DNA of 64,000 nucleotides from Pararhizobium sp. (GTDB lineage Bacteria > Pseudomonadota > Alphaproteobacteria > Rhizobiales > Rhizobiaceae), in contig NZ_CBDIHY010000002.1 of assembly GCF_965279435.1 (NCBI RefSeq), positions 315,128 through 379,127 on the forward strand. Reading direction: 5' to 3'. Positions within the stretch are counted from its first letter, which is position 1, and each line of letters begins with the position of its first letter. Below, piece after piece: positions 18,778 through 29,609 of the stretch. Made by a program: the position numbers and the translations under genes. The notes under the pieces were generated by a model, which saw only the letters and a list, made by a program, of their open reading frames with translations, ran no database searches and was not told where the DNA came from.

Positions 18778-19878
18778 ATGGGTCCAGATGGCCGCGATAT
18801 CAGCAACGGTCTCGATCGCCTTGTCGCCGGAACAACCGGCCTCAGGCACGACGGCCGTTTCCATGAGCCTAATCTCGATGGTACGGCTGGCGATTACATC
18901 AGCTTCGACAGCTGGGAATGGCCGCAGGGCGTTGGTCTCTATGGCCTGATCAAGCTCTGGCTGTTCACCGGCCGCGACGACCTGCGCCAGTTGGTCGAAG
19001 ACTGGTATCAGCAGCGTATCGATGCCGGGCTGCCACAGCTCAACGTCAACACCACCGCGCCGATGCTCGGCCTGTCGGTGCTCTGGGCAAAAACCCGTGA
19101 TCCACGCTGGCAGCCGGTTCTCGATGAATGGGCAAACCGGGTGATGGCGGAGCTTGGCCGCACGCCGGAAGGTGGCTTCGAACATCACGTCTCCGACAAG
19201 GTCAATCACGACGAACTGTGGGACGACACGCTCTATATGGTGGCCCTGTTTCTCGCATCCTATGGTCAGGCCAGCGGCCGTCGCGAACTGATTGACGAAG
19301 CCTCGCGCCAGTTCCTCGTCCACACCCGCTACCTCGCCGACACCCATACCGGCCTCTGGTTCCATGGCTGGACGTTTGACGGACGGCACAATTTCGCCCG
19401 GGCGCGCTGGGCGCGCGGCAATGCATGGATCACAGCGGGCCTGCTCGATCTGTTCGATCTCGCCGACCTTGCCAAGCCCGTAAAGGACTTCCTTCAGGGC
19501 GTACTGGTCGCCCAGGTCGATGCACTGTTGTCGCTTCAGGCCCCCTCCGGCGCATGGCGCACATTGCTCGACGATGCGACATCCTATGAGGAAATCTCCG
19601 CCACGGCCGGGATCGGTTACGGCCTGCTGAAGGGGTATCGCCTCGGCCTCGGCACTCCGGTGTGGCGCGAAGCCGGCCTCAAGGCCTTGCAGGTGGTGAT
19701 GGACAATATCGACGAGACTGGCACCGTTGGCAATGTTTCCTACGGCACCCGCATGGGCCATGACCTCCAGTTCTACAAGGACATTCCCATTCAACCGACC
19801 GGCTACGGCCAGGCACTGGCGATCCTGTGCCTTTCCGAAGGCCTGCAGCACGTCGGACAAGAAGGACAAGCAGCATGA
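18778..19878 (+). CDS. Glycoside hydrolase family 105/88 (unsaturated rhamnogalacturonyl/glucuronyl hydrolase, YteR-like)
   Basis: WEWPQGVGLYG, ELWDDTLYM, WARGNAW and YEEISATAG. GGAGGAG RBS. Confidence 0.9.
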   Translation: MGPDGRDISNGLDRLVAGTTGLRHDGRFHEPNLDGTAGDYISFDSWEWPQGVGLYGLIKLWLFTGRDDLRQLVEDWYQQRIDAGLPQLNVNTTAPMLGLSVLWAKTRDPRWQPVLDEWANRVMAELGRTPEGGFEHHVSDKVNHDELWDDTLYMVALFLASYGQASGRRELIDEASRQFLVHTRYLADTHTGLWFHGWTFDGRHNFARARWARGNAWITAGLLDLFDLADLAKPVKDFLQGVLVAQVDALLSLQAPSGAWRTLLDDATSYEEISATAGIGYGLLKGYRLGLGTPVWREAGLKALQVVMDNIDETGTVGNVSYGTRMGHDLQFYKDIPIQPTGYGQALAILCLSEGLQHVGQEGQAA

Positions 19879-20711
19879 CGATGAAGATTTTGTACGGCGC
19901 GGCCCCCGAAGACGTCAAAGGCTATGACACGGAAAAACTCCGCAGCGCCTTCCTGATGACCGACCTGTTCGTGCCGGACGCCGCCAGTTTCACCTATACC
20001 CATGTCGATCGCCTCCTTCTCGGCGGCGCCATGCCGGTGTCCAAAAGCGTGACCTTCGGTTCCGGCGACGAGATCGGTACGCCCTATCTGCTGTCGGCGC
20101 GTGAAATGGGCATCGCCAATCTGGGCGGTACGGGTACTGTGACCGTTGACGGGCAGGCGTTCACCCTGGAAAATCGCGACGTGCTCTATCTCGGCCGTGG
20201 CGCCCGCGAGATTTCAATGGAAAGCCTGTCGGGAAAGACCCCGGCCCGCTTCTACATGAACTCCGTCCCCGCTGGTGCCGATATCCCCCACAAGCTGATC
20301 AAGAAGGCGGAATCGAAGGCCATCGACCTGGGCGACGGCCGCCGCTCCAACAAGCGCCGCCTCGCCATGTACATCCATCCGGAAGTGACCCCATCCTGCC
20401 TGCTGTTGATGGGTATAACCGATCTCGCCGAAGGCAGCGTCTGGAACACCATGCCGCCGCACCTGCATGAGCGCCGCATGGAAGCCTATTGCTATTTCGA
20501 CATGGCGGCGGAAGATCGCATCATTCATCTGATGGGCCGACCCGAAGAAACGCGCCATCTGATCGTCGCCAATGGCGACGCCGTCCTGTCACCCGCCTGG
20601 TCTATCCACATGGGCGCCGGCACCGGCCCGTATGCCTTCGTCTGGGGCATGACCGGAGAAAACCAGGAATATAACGACGTGGCCCCGGTGGCCTTGGCAG
20701 AGCTGAAATGA
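19875..20711 (+). CDS. kduI: 5-dehydro-4-deoxy-D-glucuronate isomerase
   Basis: YTHVDR, WNTMPPHLHERRMEAYCYF and SPAWSIH are KduI motifs. Confidence 0.92.
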   Translation: MTMKILYGAAPEDVKGYDTEKLRSAFLMTDLFVPDAASFTYTHVDRLLLGGAMPVSKSVTFGSGDEIGTPYLLSAREMGIANLGGTGTVTVDGQAFTLENRDVLYLGRGAREISMESLSGKTPARFYMNSVPAGADIPHKLIKKAESKAIDLGDGRRSNKRRLAMYIHPEVTPSCLLLMGITDLAEGSVWNTMPPHLHERRMEAYCYFDMAAEDRIIHLMGRPEETRHLIVANGDAVLSPAWSIHMGAGTGPYAFVWGMTGENQEYNDVAPVALAELK

Positions 20712-23191
20712 CCCCGATGAGATCCTTGATGAACCGCAAATTGAACGCTGGCGACGCCATCCGCTACTGGCAGCTCGGAACGATTGCCGAAGAGCGCTTC
20801 GACGTGCCCGATGCACCGATGAAGGGCGAGATGGATCCGTTCTTCTTTCTCACCAAGCACAAGAACTTCATTCCGCACGAATATCCTTGCCGGACGATCT
20901 TTGCCGAAACCTATCGCGGCAAGCGCCCCGATGTCCGCGGCGCCTTCGAAGCGGTCCGTTGGTGGTTGCCGTTCGGCTCGCCGCGCCTCGATCTCTCCGG
21001 CTTCTGGTTCCGCCCGACCCGGCTTGCCACCTTTGCCCGCACATTCATTGCCGCTGAGAAAGCCGGAACCGCCAAGGTTCGCCTCGGCACCTGTGGCGGC
21101 GCGGTCCTCTGGGTGAACGGTACCGAAGCCGGCTGGATGGCGCCCTATAGTCGCAATCTGGAGGCAAAGGCGGAATTCGACCTGACGCTGCAGGAAGGCC
21201 TGAACGAGGTCACGATCTTCTTCGATGATCTGGCCGAACGCGACGCCCGCTACTTCTTCCAGCTCGATTACCTCAATGGCCCGGCGGCCAGCATTGCCGT
21301 TCCCGTGCCGATCGAGGGCAAGGTGGCCGAGACGATCGAGGCCGCCCTCGACAGCATGCATTTCGAGCGCACGGCCTATTTCGAAGGCGACATCACGCTG
21401 CGGCTTGCCGAGCCCCTGCCAGTGGATGTCGCTGTCAATGTCACGGTTGAGGGCGACTTCATGTCGACCGAACGCTTCGACTATGACTTTATCCTCAAGG
21501 CTGGCGACGCGCGTCTGGTCATCGGCCCTTCGGAAGCTGCACCCGCCGATTTCCGCCATTTCCGCATCGCGCTGAAAGCCGGCAACTTCGTTGCCTCGCG
21601 CTCGCTCGGTATCGAGATATGCCATACCGGCCGCCAAGGCACGGCACCGGCGACGCTTACTGAGCGCATCACGGAGACGCTCACCGAAGTCTCGGAATTT
21701 TCCGAACGCGACACTGTCCGCGCTTTCGCCCGGCTGGCGAGCGGCCGGAGCGGTGCCGATACCGATGCGATGATCGAGGAGATCCTGCCGTCGATCGAGG
21801 ATTGCCACGACTGCGCCGATTTTTCCCTCGTGCCGCTGATCTGGTCGCGCACCGTCTGGGGCAAGGATATCGGCGAAAAGACCCGCGCCCGCATCGACCG
21901 GGCCATTCTCGATTTCCGCTACTGGATGGACGAGCCCGGAAACGATGTTCAGTGGTATTTCTCCGAAAACCACGCCCTGCTTTTCCACACTTCCGCCTAT
22001 CTCGCAGGACACCTGCTGGCAGAAGAAACCTTCGCCCGCTCCGGCCGCAAGGGTGCCGAGCAGAGCGCCATTGGTGCCACCCGTGTGCGCGCCTGGCTCG
22101 ATCATTTCGAAGCTTGGGAAATGGCCGAGTTCAACTCGGCGCCCTACTTCCCGATCGATCTCAAGGGCCTGACGGCGCTCGCCGCGCTGTCGCCCGATGC
22201 GGATATCGCCGAACGGGCGAAGAAGGGCATCGTGCGCCTCTGCGAAGTGATTGCCCGCTCTGCGCACCACGGCATGGTCACGGCAGCACAAGGACGTTCC
22301 TATGAGCACACGCTCTGCGCCGGCCGCTCACTGGAGCTTTCTGGCGTCACCCGCCTGCTCTGGGGTGCTGGCTGGTATGGCCGCCGCGTCCATGCGCTTC
22401 CGCAGCTTGCTGTCTGCCTGCGCGATCATGATTTGGTCATTCCAGAAACGCTCGCCGCCGTTGCCAGCCATCAGGCAGACGAACATCAGGAATGGCGGTT
22501 TGCCCAGGGCCAGGACCGGTTTGCAGCCCTCTATCACTACAAGGGCCGCGATTTCGCCATGGGCTCCGCCGCGCATTATCGCTGGAATGAATGGGGCTAT
22601 CAGGAAACCATCCTGCATCTGCGCCTCGGCAAGCGGCCCGAAGCCGCAGTCTGGATCAACCATCCGGGCGAAACCATTCAGTTCGGGTACGGCCGGCCGT
22701 CCTTCTGGGGTGGGTGCGGCACTCTCCCTCGCGCTCACCAGTATCGGGGGCTGGCCGTACTCGACTTTGTGACCTTTGAAGAACAGCCTGATTTCACCCA
22801 TGCCTGGTTCCCGATCGCCGAATTCGACGAAAGCACTGTTCGCGGACGCCTTGCCATCGCCCGCAGCGGTGGCGGTGCGGTGATCCTGCTCGGCAGCACC
22901 GACCTGCAGCCAGTGACCACAGGTCCCTCGGCCAATGCGGAACTGCGCCAATACGGCCAGAACACCCGCTGGATCGTTCGGGTTTGCGAAGCCACTGATC
23001 TTAACACGGTGGAAAGCCGGTTCGCCTCACTGTCCGTCGCAGAGACGGCAGACGGCACGCTGGTCGTCGAAGACCCCGACTACGGCACGGTCACGTTCCG
23101 CAAGGATGGGTCGGTCGAGGCCGAAGGGCGGACAATCGTCCCCAGGGATTTCACGGTCGCGGGCGAAGTCGCCATGCTGGCCGCACACTAA
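20708..23191 (+). CDS. Large hypothetical protein (827 aa); candidate carbohydrate-active enzyme
   Basis: Translationally coupled to kduI; no signal peptide. Contains aromatic/acidic motifs DFRYWMDEPGNDVQWYFSENHALLFH, EFNSAPYFPID and HHGMVTAAQGRSY. Confidence 0.8.
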   Translation: MTPMRSLMNRKLNAGDAIRYWQLGTIAEERFDVPDAPMKGEMDPFFFLTKHKNFIPHEYPCRTIFAETYRGKRPDVRGAFEAVRWWLPFGSPRLDLSGFWFRPTRLATFARTFIAAEKAGTAKVRLGTCGGAVLWVNGTEAGWMAPYSRNLEAKAEFDLTLQEGLNEVTIFFDDLAERDARYFFQLDYLNGPAASIAVPVPIEGKVAETIEAALDSMHFERTAYFEGDITLRLAEPLPVDVAVNVTVEGDFMSTERFDYDFILKAGDARLVIGPSEAAPADFRHFRIALKAGNFVASRSLGIEICHTGRQGTAPATLTERITETLTEVSEFSERDTVRAFARLASGRSGADTDAMIEEILPSIEDCHDCADFSLVPLIWSRTVWGKDIGEKTRARIDRAILDFRYWMDEPGNDVQWYFSENHALLFHTSAYLAGHLLAEETFARSGRKGAEQSAIGATRVRAWLDHFEAWEMAEFNSAPYFPIDLKGLTALAALSPDADIAERAKKGIVRLCEVIARSAHHGMVTAAQGRSYEHTLCAGRSLELSGVTRLLWGAGWYGRRVHALPQLAVCLRDHDLVIPETLAAVASHQADEHQEWRFAQGQDRFAALYHYKGRDFAMGSAAHYRWNEWGYQETILHLRLGKRPEAAVWINHPGETIQFGYGRPSFWGGCGTLPRAHQYRGLAVLDFVTFEEQPDFTHAWFPIAEFDESTVRGRLAIARSGGGAVILLGSTDLQPVTTGPSANAELRQYGQNTRWIVRVCEATDLNTVESRFASLSVAETADGTLVVEDPDYGTVTFRKDGSVEAEGRTIVPRDFTVAGEVAMLAAH

Positions 23192-23272
23192 CGACGAAGC
23201 GCCGGCGAGGAGAAACCGGCGCCGGTTGCAATGCGGGCAAGGAGAAGCCCGTCCACAAAGGAGGAGGAAAGC

Positions 23273-24541
23273 ATGACCAGGACCAGAACGATGCTCGCGG
23301 CATTCGCCGTCGGGCTTTTGACGTCCACGGCAGCATTGGCCGGGGACGTACGAATCATGTGGTATTCCGATGGCGTCGAGGGCGAGGTCCTGAAGGACCT
23401 GATCGGCCGCTTCATGAAGGACAATCCGGATATCAAGGTCACCATCGACAACGTGTCTTACAGCGTTGTGCGCGAACAGCTGCCAGTGCAGCTTGAGGCC
23501 GGCGACGGTCCCGATATTGCCCGCGTCACTGCCCTGAAGGCATTGAGCAAGCATTGGCTGGATCTCAGGCCGCTGGTTGCCGACGCCGCCTATTGGGACA
23601 CGAACTTCGGCGATCAGGCGGACTGGATGCGCCCCGACGGCACCAACCAGATTTCCGGCTTTATGACACAGATCACGCTGACCGGCGGCTTTGCCAACAA
23701 GACGCTGTTCGAACAGGCCGGCGTTGCCCTGCCTGGCAAGGATGCGACCTGGGATGACTGGGCCAAGGCTTCCAAGCAGGTCGCCGAAAGCCAGCAGATC
23801 CCCTTCCCGATGGCGCTGGATCGCTCCGGGCATCGCCTGACCGCGCCCGACATTGCATTCGGGGCCAATTACATCGGCGCTGACGGCAAACCGGCGCCGC
23901 TTGACGAGAGCTCCAAGGCTTTCATCTCCAAGTTCATCGGCTGGATCGAAGACGGTACGATGAGCAAGGACGTCTGGGTATCGGCAGCCGGCTCGACCTA
24001 CCGCGCCGGTGCCGACGACTTCATCAACGGCCAGGTCGCGTTCTACTATTCCGGCTCCTGGCAGGTGCCGAACTTCTCGACCAAGATCGGCTCGAACTTT
24101 GACTGGGTCGCGACCGGTAGTCCCTGCGGCCCGGCAAACTGCACCGGCATGCCGGGCGGGGCGGGTCTGGTGGCGATCAAGTACACCAAGAACCCGAAAG
24201 ACGTTGCCGAGGTCATGGACTATCTGGCCAGCGAGCCGGTCGTGAAGGAGTTTTCCGAACGCACCCTGTTCCTGCCGGCCCACAAGGGCGTGATCGAGAA
24301 GGGGCTGGACTTCAAGACGGACGATGCGCAGGCCAAGACGGCGCTCGGCATCTTCGTCACGGCGTCTACCTCTCTGGCTGACCTGGCGCGCAAGCTGCCG
24401 GGTTGGGGCTGGTCCGACACGATCTACGGTGCACTCGTGACCCGTGTCAGCCAGGCGGCGGCCGGCGAGATGACGCTTGATGAGGCCTATACCCGTATCG
24501 ACGCGGATATCGCTGCCAAGGTCAAGGACTCGGCTCTCTAA
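23273..24541 (+). CDS. Carbohydrate ABC transporter substrate-binding protein (CUT1)
   Basis: Signal peptide; LEAGDGPDI and FINGQVAFYYSGSW. GGAGGAGG RBS. Confidence 0.9.
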   Translation: MTRTRTMLAAFAVGLLTSTAALAGDVRIMWYSDGVEGEVLKDLIGRFMKDNPDIKVTIDNVSYSVVREQLPVQLEAGDGPDIARVTALKALSKHWLDLRPLVADAAYWDTNFGDQADWMRPDGTNQISGFMTQITLTGGFANKTLFEQAGVALPGKDATWDDWAKASKQVAESQQIPFPMALDRSGHRLTAPDIAFGANYIGADGKPAPLDESSKAFISKFIGWIEDGTMSKDVWVSAAGSTYRAGADDFINGQVAFYYSGSWQVPNFSTKIGSNFDWVATGSPCGPANCTGMPGGAGLVAIKYTKNPKDVAEVMDYLASEPVVKEFSERTLFLPAHKGVIEKGLDFKTDDAQAKTALGIFVTASTSLADLARKLPGWGWSDTIYGALVTRVSQAAAGEMTLDEAYTRIDADIAAKVKDSAL

Positions 24542-24652
24542 GGTGGAAACATGCGGGCGGCGGCGGGCAATCCAGCTCCGTCGCCCGCTTCATATCTTCG
24601 ATGAAAGCCGGGCCGTGGCGCCATTCGCCGCGCAAGAGGAGAGAGATCAATA

Positions 24653-25687
24653 ATGGCAGAGATATCCCGCCAGACCAGCCAGACGGGCCAAAGCCTGGGC
24701 GAGGCCGCCATGATGCCGGTGCGCCTTGCCATGGGCATCATCGATGCCCCCCTGCGCTGGGTCCAGAAGAAGTTTGGTCTGGGCGGCATGGCGGCATTCT
24801 TCCTGCTGCCCAACATGCTGATCTTCGGCATCTTCGTACTTCTGCCGTTCTTCATCAATTTCGCCTATTCCATGACTGGCGGCACCGCGCTGTTCCTGTC
24901 GGACCGTACCTTCGTCGGCGCGGACCAATATTCCAGGCTGTTCGACTGCTCGAACTACCTGAACCCCAATACCTGCGCCGAAGACACGTTCTGGACAGCA
25001 GTTGGAAACACCGGCTGGTTCGTCATCCTGCAGGTCACACTGATGATCGCGGTTTCGCTGATCACCGCGCTGATCCTCAACCGCAACCTGATGGCCCGCA
25101 GTTTCTGGCGCGCGGTGTTCTTCTTCCCAGTGCTGCTGTCGCCGGTCGTCGTCGGCCTGATCTGGAAATGGATCCTGCAGCGGCAGGGGCTGCTCAACTT
25201 CGGTCTCTACGGCTTTGGTTTTGATCCGCATGTCTGGCTGAACGACCGTAACTGGGCTTTCGCCGCCACCGTCGGTGTCTCGATCTGGGCGCATATGGGC
25301 TTCTACACGCTGATCATTCTCGCAGGCCTTCAGGCTATCCCGAAGGATCTGTACGAGGCCGCCGAGATGGATGGCACGCGAGCGATGCGCGTCTTTAGCC
25401 GTATCACCCTGCCTCTGCTGATGCCGAACCTGCTGGTCGTCATCGTGCTGGTGCTGATCCGTGCCGTGCAGATTTTCGATGAAGTCTATGTGCTGACCGG
25501 CGGCGGTCCAGGCACCAGCACACTGTTTGTCACGCAGTACATTTACGAGACCGGCTTTGCTGCACAGTTGCGCAATCCAGGCCTTGCCGCCGCTGCCTCG
25601 ATCCTGATGGGCCTCGTGCTCGTTGTCCTCACACTCGTGCAACTCGGCCTCAGCCGTTCACGTGACAAGAAGGGAGCCCGCAAATGA
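24653..25687 (+). CDS. Carbohydrate ABC transporter permease
   Basis: LAGLQAIPKDLYEAAEMDG EAA loop. Confidence 0.92.
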   Translation: MAEISRQTSQTGQSLGEAAMMPVRLAMGIIDAPLRWVQKKFGLGGMAAFFLLPNMLIFGIFVLLPFFINFAYSMTGGTALFLSDRTFVGADQYSRLFDCSNYLNPNTCAEDTFWTAVGNTGWFVILQVTLMIAVSLITALILNRNLMARSFWRAVFFFPVLLSPVVVGLIWKWILQRQGLLNFGLYGFGFDPHVWLNDRNWAFAATVGVSIWAHMGFYTLIILAGLQAIPKDLYEAAEMDGTRAMRVFSRITLPLLMPNLLVVIVLVLIRAVQIFDEVYVLTGGGPGTSTLFVTQYIYETGFAAQLRNPGLAAAASILMGLVLVVLTLVQLGLSRSRDKKGARK

Positions 25688-26736
25688 GCCGGGCCATCGA
25701 ATTCCTGTTTCGCCGCAAAGGCGGCAAAGGCTGGCACTGGACGGATATCGTCACCTGGGTCTGGCTGATCGTCGGCCTGTTCGTGATGTTCGGCCCGGCC
25801 GTCTGGCTGACGGCATCCTCGTTCAAGTCGCCCGCAGCCCTTGCCGAGTTCCCGCCGACCATCCTGCCCTATGTCACCCAGAAGGTGACGGTTGAAGGTT
25901 ATGACAAGCCGCTCGATCTCTACACCGCGACGCTGGAAGATGGCAGCACGGCGACGCTCGCTGAAGTTCGCCGCATCGGTACCGTCAGCCAGATGGTCGA
26001 TCCCGAAAAGCCCGCCGAGATCATCAAGGTCAACATCGCCAAGCGCACGCCGGTCCGGCAGATGTCGTTTGCGACCGAGAACTATACCGAGCCCTTCACC
26101 CATTTCGATTTCGTCCGCTACCTCTGGAACTCCGTCTTCGTCACGGTAACCGCAACGCTGATCACATTGGTGGTCAATTCCATGGCGGCGTTTGCGCTGA
26201 GCAAATACGAGTTTCGCGGCCGCACGTTCGCGATGCTCCTCATCCTCGCGACGCTGATGGTGCCGCTGTCGGTCATCATGGTGCCGCTCTATTCCATCGT
26301 CTCGGCGCTTGGCCTGTTCAACAATCTCTGGGGCGTGATCCTGCCGACGGTGGCGACGCCGACCGGCGTTTTCATCCTGCGCCAATATATGCTGACCATC
26401 CCCGACGAACTGCTGGACGCCGCCCGCATGGACAAGGCGTCTGAATGGCAGATCTACTGGCGCATCATCCTGCCCCTGACAGCACCGGCGCTCGCCGTAC
26501 TCGCCATCTTCTCCGTCGTCTGGCGCTGGAACGACTTCCTTTGGCCGCTGATCGTGCTGTCGCGCAAAGAGCTCTATACCTTGCAGGTGGGCCTCAGCAT
26601 CTATTCCGGCGAGCTCAACGTGCAATGGCATTTCATCCTGGCGATGACGGTCGTGACCATGATCCCCGTGGTTCTGGTCTTCCTCTTCCTGCAGCGCTTC
26701 ATCACCACCGGCATCGCCGGAACCGGCCTGAAATAA
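25684..26736 (+). CDS. Carbohydrate ABC transporter permease
   Basis: IPDELLDAARMD EAA loop and WNDFLWPL. Confidence 0.92.
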   Translation: MSRAIEFLFRRKGGKGWHWTDIVTWVWLIVGLFVMFGPAVWLTASSFKSPAALAEFPPTILPYVTQKVTVEGYDKPLDLYTATLEDGSTATLAEVRRIGTVSQMVDPEKPAEIIKVNIAKRTPVRQMSFATENYTEPFTHFDFVRYLWNSVFVTVTATLITLVVNSMAAFALSKYEFRGRTFAMLLILATLMVPLSVIMVPLYSIVSALGLFNNLWGVILPTVATPTGVFILRQYMLTIPDELLDAARMDKASEWQIYWRIILPLTAPALAVLAIFSVVWRWNDFLWPLIVLSRKELYTLQVGLSIYSGELNVQWHFILAMTVVTMIPVVLVFLFLQRFITTGIAGTGLK

Positions 26737-26745
26737 GGGTTCATC

Positions 26746-27831
26746 ATGGGACATATCAAACTCACCAATGTCGCAAAGTCTTTCGGGGCAATCGACGTGC
26801 TCCATGACATCAATCTGGAGATTGCTGACGGCGAGTTCGTCGTCTTCGTCGGCCCGTCCGGCTGCGGCAAGTCCACGTTGCTGCGCATGATCGCCGGTCT
26901 CGAAAAGCCGACCGGCGGCGAACTCGCCATCGATGGCAAAGTGGTCAACGCCATTCCCGCCGCCGATCGGGGGCTTGCCATGGTGTTCCAGTCCTATGCC
27001 CTCTACCCGCATATGAGCGTGCGCCAGAACCTCGCCTTCGGGCTCGAAAATACCAAGATGCCGAAGGCGGAGATTAACACCCGCATCACCGAAGCGGCCC
27101 GCATGCTGGAGATCGAGCATTACCTCGACCGCCGACCCGGCCAGCTCTCTGGCGGCCAGCGCCAGCGCGTCGCTATCGGCCGGGCGATCGTGCGCCGTCC
27201 CGTCGCCTTCCTGCTTGATGAGCCACTGTCCAACCTCGACGCTGAACTGCGTGGCTCAACCCGCGCCGAACTGGCTGCCCTGCATGCCCGCTTGTCCGCA
27301 ACCATGATCTACGTCACCCACGATCAGGTCGAGGCGATGACGCTTGCCGACCGCATCGTCGTGCTGCGTGCCGGACGCATCGAGCAGATCGGCACGCCGA
27401 TGGAACTCTACAATTCCCCGGCAAACCGCTTCGTCGCCGGCTTCATCGGCTCGCCACACATGAATTTCCTCGAAGGCTCGGTGGAACCGTCATCCACCGG
27501 CAAGGCCGTCGCCACCTTCGCCGGCGGCAACAGGCTGGAACTGCCGGTCGCCGCCAGCAGCCTTGCCCACGGTTCCGCCATCACGCTCGGCGTCCGGCCG
27601 CAGCACGTCTCGATTGGTACCAACGGCGAAGGCATTGCGGCCAAGATCAGGCTGGTCGAAGCGCTGGGTTCGGAGACCATCGTTCACACCGATGTCGCCG
27701 GTCAGAAAATCCTGGTCGTCGCGCAAGGACAGCATAACCTGACGCCGGGAGCGGATATCCGCCTGGCACTGTCATCGGCGCCGTTGCATCTGTTCAACGA
27801 GAAGGGGTTGCGCCTTGAGCACGCTGTTTGA
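26746..27831 (+). CDS. Sugar ABC transporter ATP-binding protein (MalK/UgpC-like)
   Basis: [25 protein letters not shown]. Confidence 0.94.
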   Translation: MGHIKLTNVAKSFGAIDVLHDINLEIADGEFVVFVGPSGCGKSTLLRMIAGLEKPTGGELAIDGKVVNAIPAADRGLAMVFQSYALYPHMSVRQNLAFGLENTKMPKAEINTRITEAARMLEIEHYLDRRPGQLSGGQRQRVAIGRAIVRRPVAFLLDEPLSNLDAELRGSTRAELAALHARLSATMIYVTHDQVEAMTLADRIVVLRAGRIEQIGTPMELYNSPANRFVAGFIGSPHMNFLEGSVEPSSTGKAVATFAGGNRLELPVAASSLAHGSAITLGVRPQHVSIGTNGEGIAAKIRLVEALGSETIVHTDVAGQKILVVAQGQHNLTPGADIRLALSSAPLHLFNEKGLRLEHAV

Positions 27832-28573
27832 TCTTTCTGGAAAGGTGGCGCTGGTCACCGGCGCGCGAACGGGCCTTGGCCAGGGCATGGCGCTGGCGCT
27901 CGCCCGCGCGGGCGCCGATATCGCCGCCCTCGGCTCCAGTCCGATGCCGGAAACGGCCGAAGCCATCGGCCAGACCGGCCGCCGGTTTCATGCGCTCGAA
28001 GTAGATCTTTCGCAAAAATTCGATGCAAAAGAGGTCATGGGCTCGGTCGTCTCTGCACTCGGGGGCATCGATATCCTCGTCAACAATGCCGGCATCATCC
28101 GCCGGGCCGATCTGCTCGATCATTCGGAAGAGGATTGGGACGCTGTCCTCGACGTCAACCTGAAGTCGGCCTTTCTGCTGTCGCAGGCCGTGGCAAGCCA
28201 CATGGTCGAGACTAGGCGGCCCGGACGGATCATCAATGTCGCGTCGATGCTGTCTTACCAGGGCGGCATTCGCGTGCCCGCCTATACTGCATCCAAACAC
28301 GGTATTGCCGGCCTGACCAAAGCCATGGCCAACGAACTTGCGCCGTTCGGCATCACCGTCAATGCCATCGCGCCCGGCTACATGGAAACCGACAATACCG
28401 AAGCATTGCGCAACGACACCAACCGCAATGCCCAGATCTCCGCCCGCATCCCGATGGGCCGCTGGGGCACGCCGGACGATCTCGCCACCTCGGTACTATT
28501 CCTTTCCTCTCCCGCCTCCAGCTATGTCACCGGTATTACCGTCCCGGTCGATGGCGGCTGGCTGGTGCGCTAA
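27815..28573 (+). CDS. kduD: 2-dehydro-3-deoxy-D-gluconate 5-dehydrogenase
   Basis: SDR with [32 protein letters not shown] and VDGGWL. Same operon as kduI. Confidence 0.88.
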   Translation: MSTLFDLSGKVALVTGARTGLGQGMALALARAGADIAALGSSPMPETAEAIGQTGRRFHALEVDLSQKFDAKEVMGSVVSALGGIDILVNNAGIIRRADLLDHSEEDWDAVLDVNLKSAFLLSQAVASHMVETRRPGRIINVASMLSYQGGIRVPAYTASKHGIAGLTKAMANELAPFGITVNAIAPGYMETDNTEALRNDTNRNAQISARIPMGRWGTPDDLATSVLFLSSPASSYVTGITVPVDGGWLVR

Positions 28574-28665
28574 GAAAAGGCCATCTCCATCGAACCGCTG
28601 AGATTCCGGCTGCGTGTGGCGAAACCGTTCAAAGCCTCCTGTATAGGCTCCGGATTTCGGGAAGA

Positions 28666-29211
28666 CTATTCTTCACCAGGCAATTTTACGCTCGTATCGT
28701 AGGAGCATCCGACCAGGGTTTTGCCCGGATGACTGCTGACATTGGATATATTCCGCGTTATGCGCGTGGTGACGGTCCAGCCCGTTTCCTGATCCTTTTC
28801 GACCTTGTTGATCAGCTCACGCTCACCAAGGAATTTGTCGGTTCCCGGAAAACTGTTCTGGATGTTTTCCTGGAGCGCCAATTGGCTTGGATCTGCAACA
28901 TCAAGCACGGCCAGCACAGCATTGGCACTGAAAACAATCGTGCTGGTTTCATGGCCGGCGATCGTGATTGGCGAAGGAAGCAGATACTGTGACAGGAACA
29001 GGTTGCCGGATTCCTGTTTCTTCCAGCCCCTTTTTTTAAACCCGCCATCCTCGTCACCCAACGTGATCGAAAACCCCATATACTGAGGCGCCTCGAGCTT
29101 GCAGTCGATAGCATCAACGATATTGACGGCATTGGGATCGTATTCTTCAGCGTGAGCCAAAACAGTCGTTGTGATCAGCAATAGTCCAGTGAAGAACACA
29201 CGTGCGATCAT
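28666..29211 (-). CDS. Secreted hypothetical protein (181 aa), AT-richer than its neighbours
   Basis: Signal peptide ending LAHA|EE; two Cys; GGAG RBS. Confidence 0.7.
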   Translation of the reverse strand: MIARVFFTGLLLITTTVLAHAEEYDPNAVNIVDAIDCKLEAPQYMGFSITLGDEDGGFKKRGWKKQESGNLFLSQYLLPSPITIAGHETSTIVFSANAVLAVLDVADPSQLALQENIQNSFPGTDKFLGERELINKVEKDQETGWTVTTRITRNISNVSSHPGKTLVGCSYDTSVKLPGEE

Positions 29212-29609
29212 TTTACAGTCTCCATCGTTTGAATACTGCTGCAAGTTCTGGGTTAGCAAGCGGCCTAATCCTGTAATTATTCAAGGCTTTGGCATATCTG
29301 CTTTCATTCAAGCATCATAGCTGTAATCGGTTATCACGGGTGTGGAAAAGCCAACATTGCAAGGGAACCCAATAGGAAAGTGGAGTTGTCATCATCTGTC
29401 TGTCCACACAGATCGTTACAGTCAAAATTCATCGGTAGTGATCCATCGTCGATCTATTTGCGAAAATGATCACATCTGCACGCCAGTGAGCGTCCGGGTG
29501 GCCTCCTGGAAGTTCTGCGAAACAATCAACGCCGAAGAGATTTCTGTTGTGGCAATTGAAAAATCTGATTTACTGATATTTCGCGGATTGGCTTTGGGGG
29601 ATATTGCCG

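Noticed and set aside
18778-19878. Naming the GH105 gene picA or yteR
   Set aside because: The family is clear, but orthology cannot be established without alignment.
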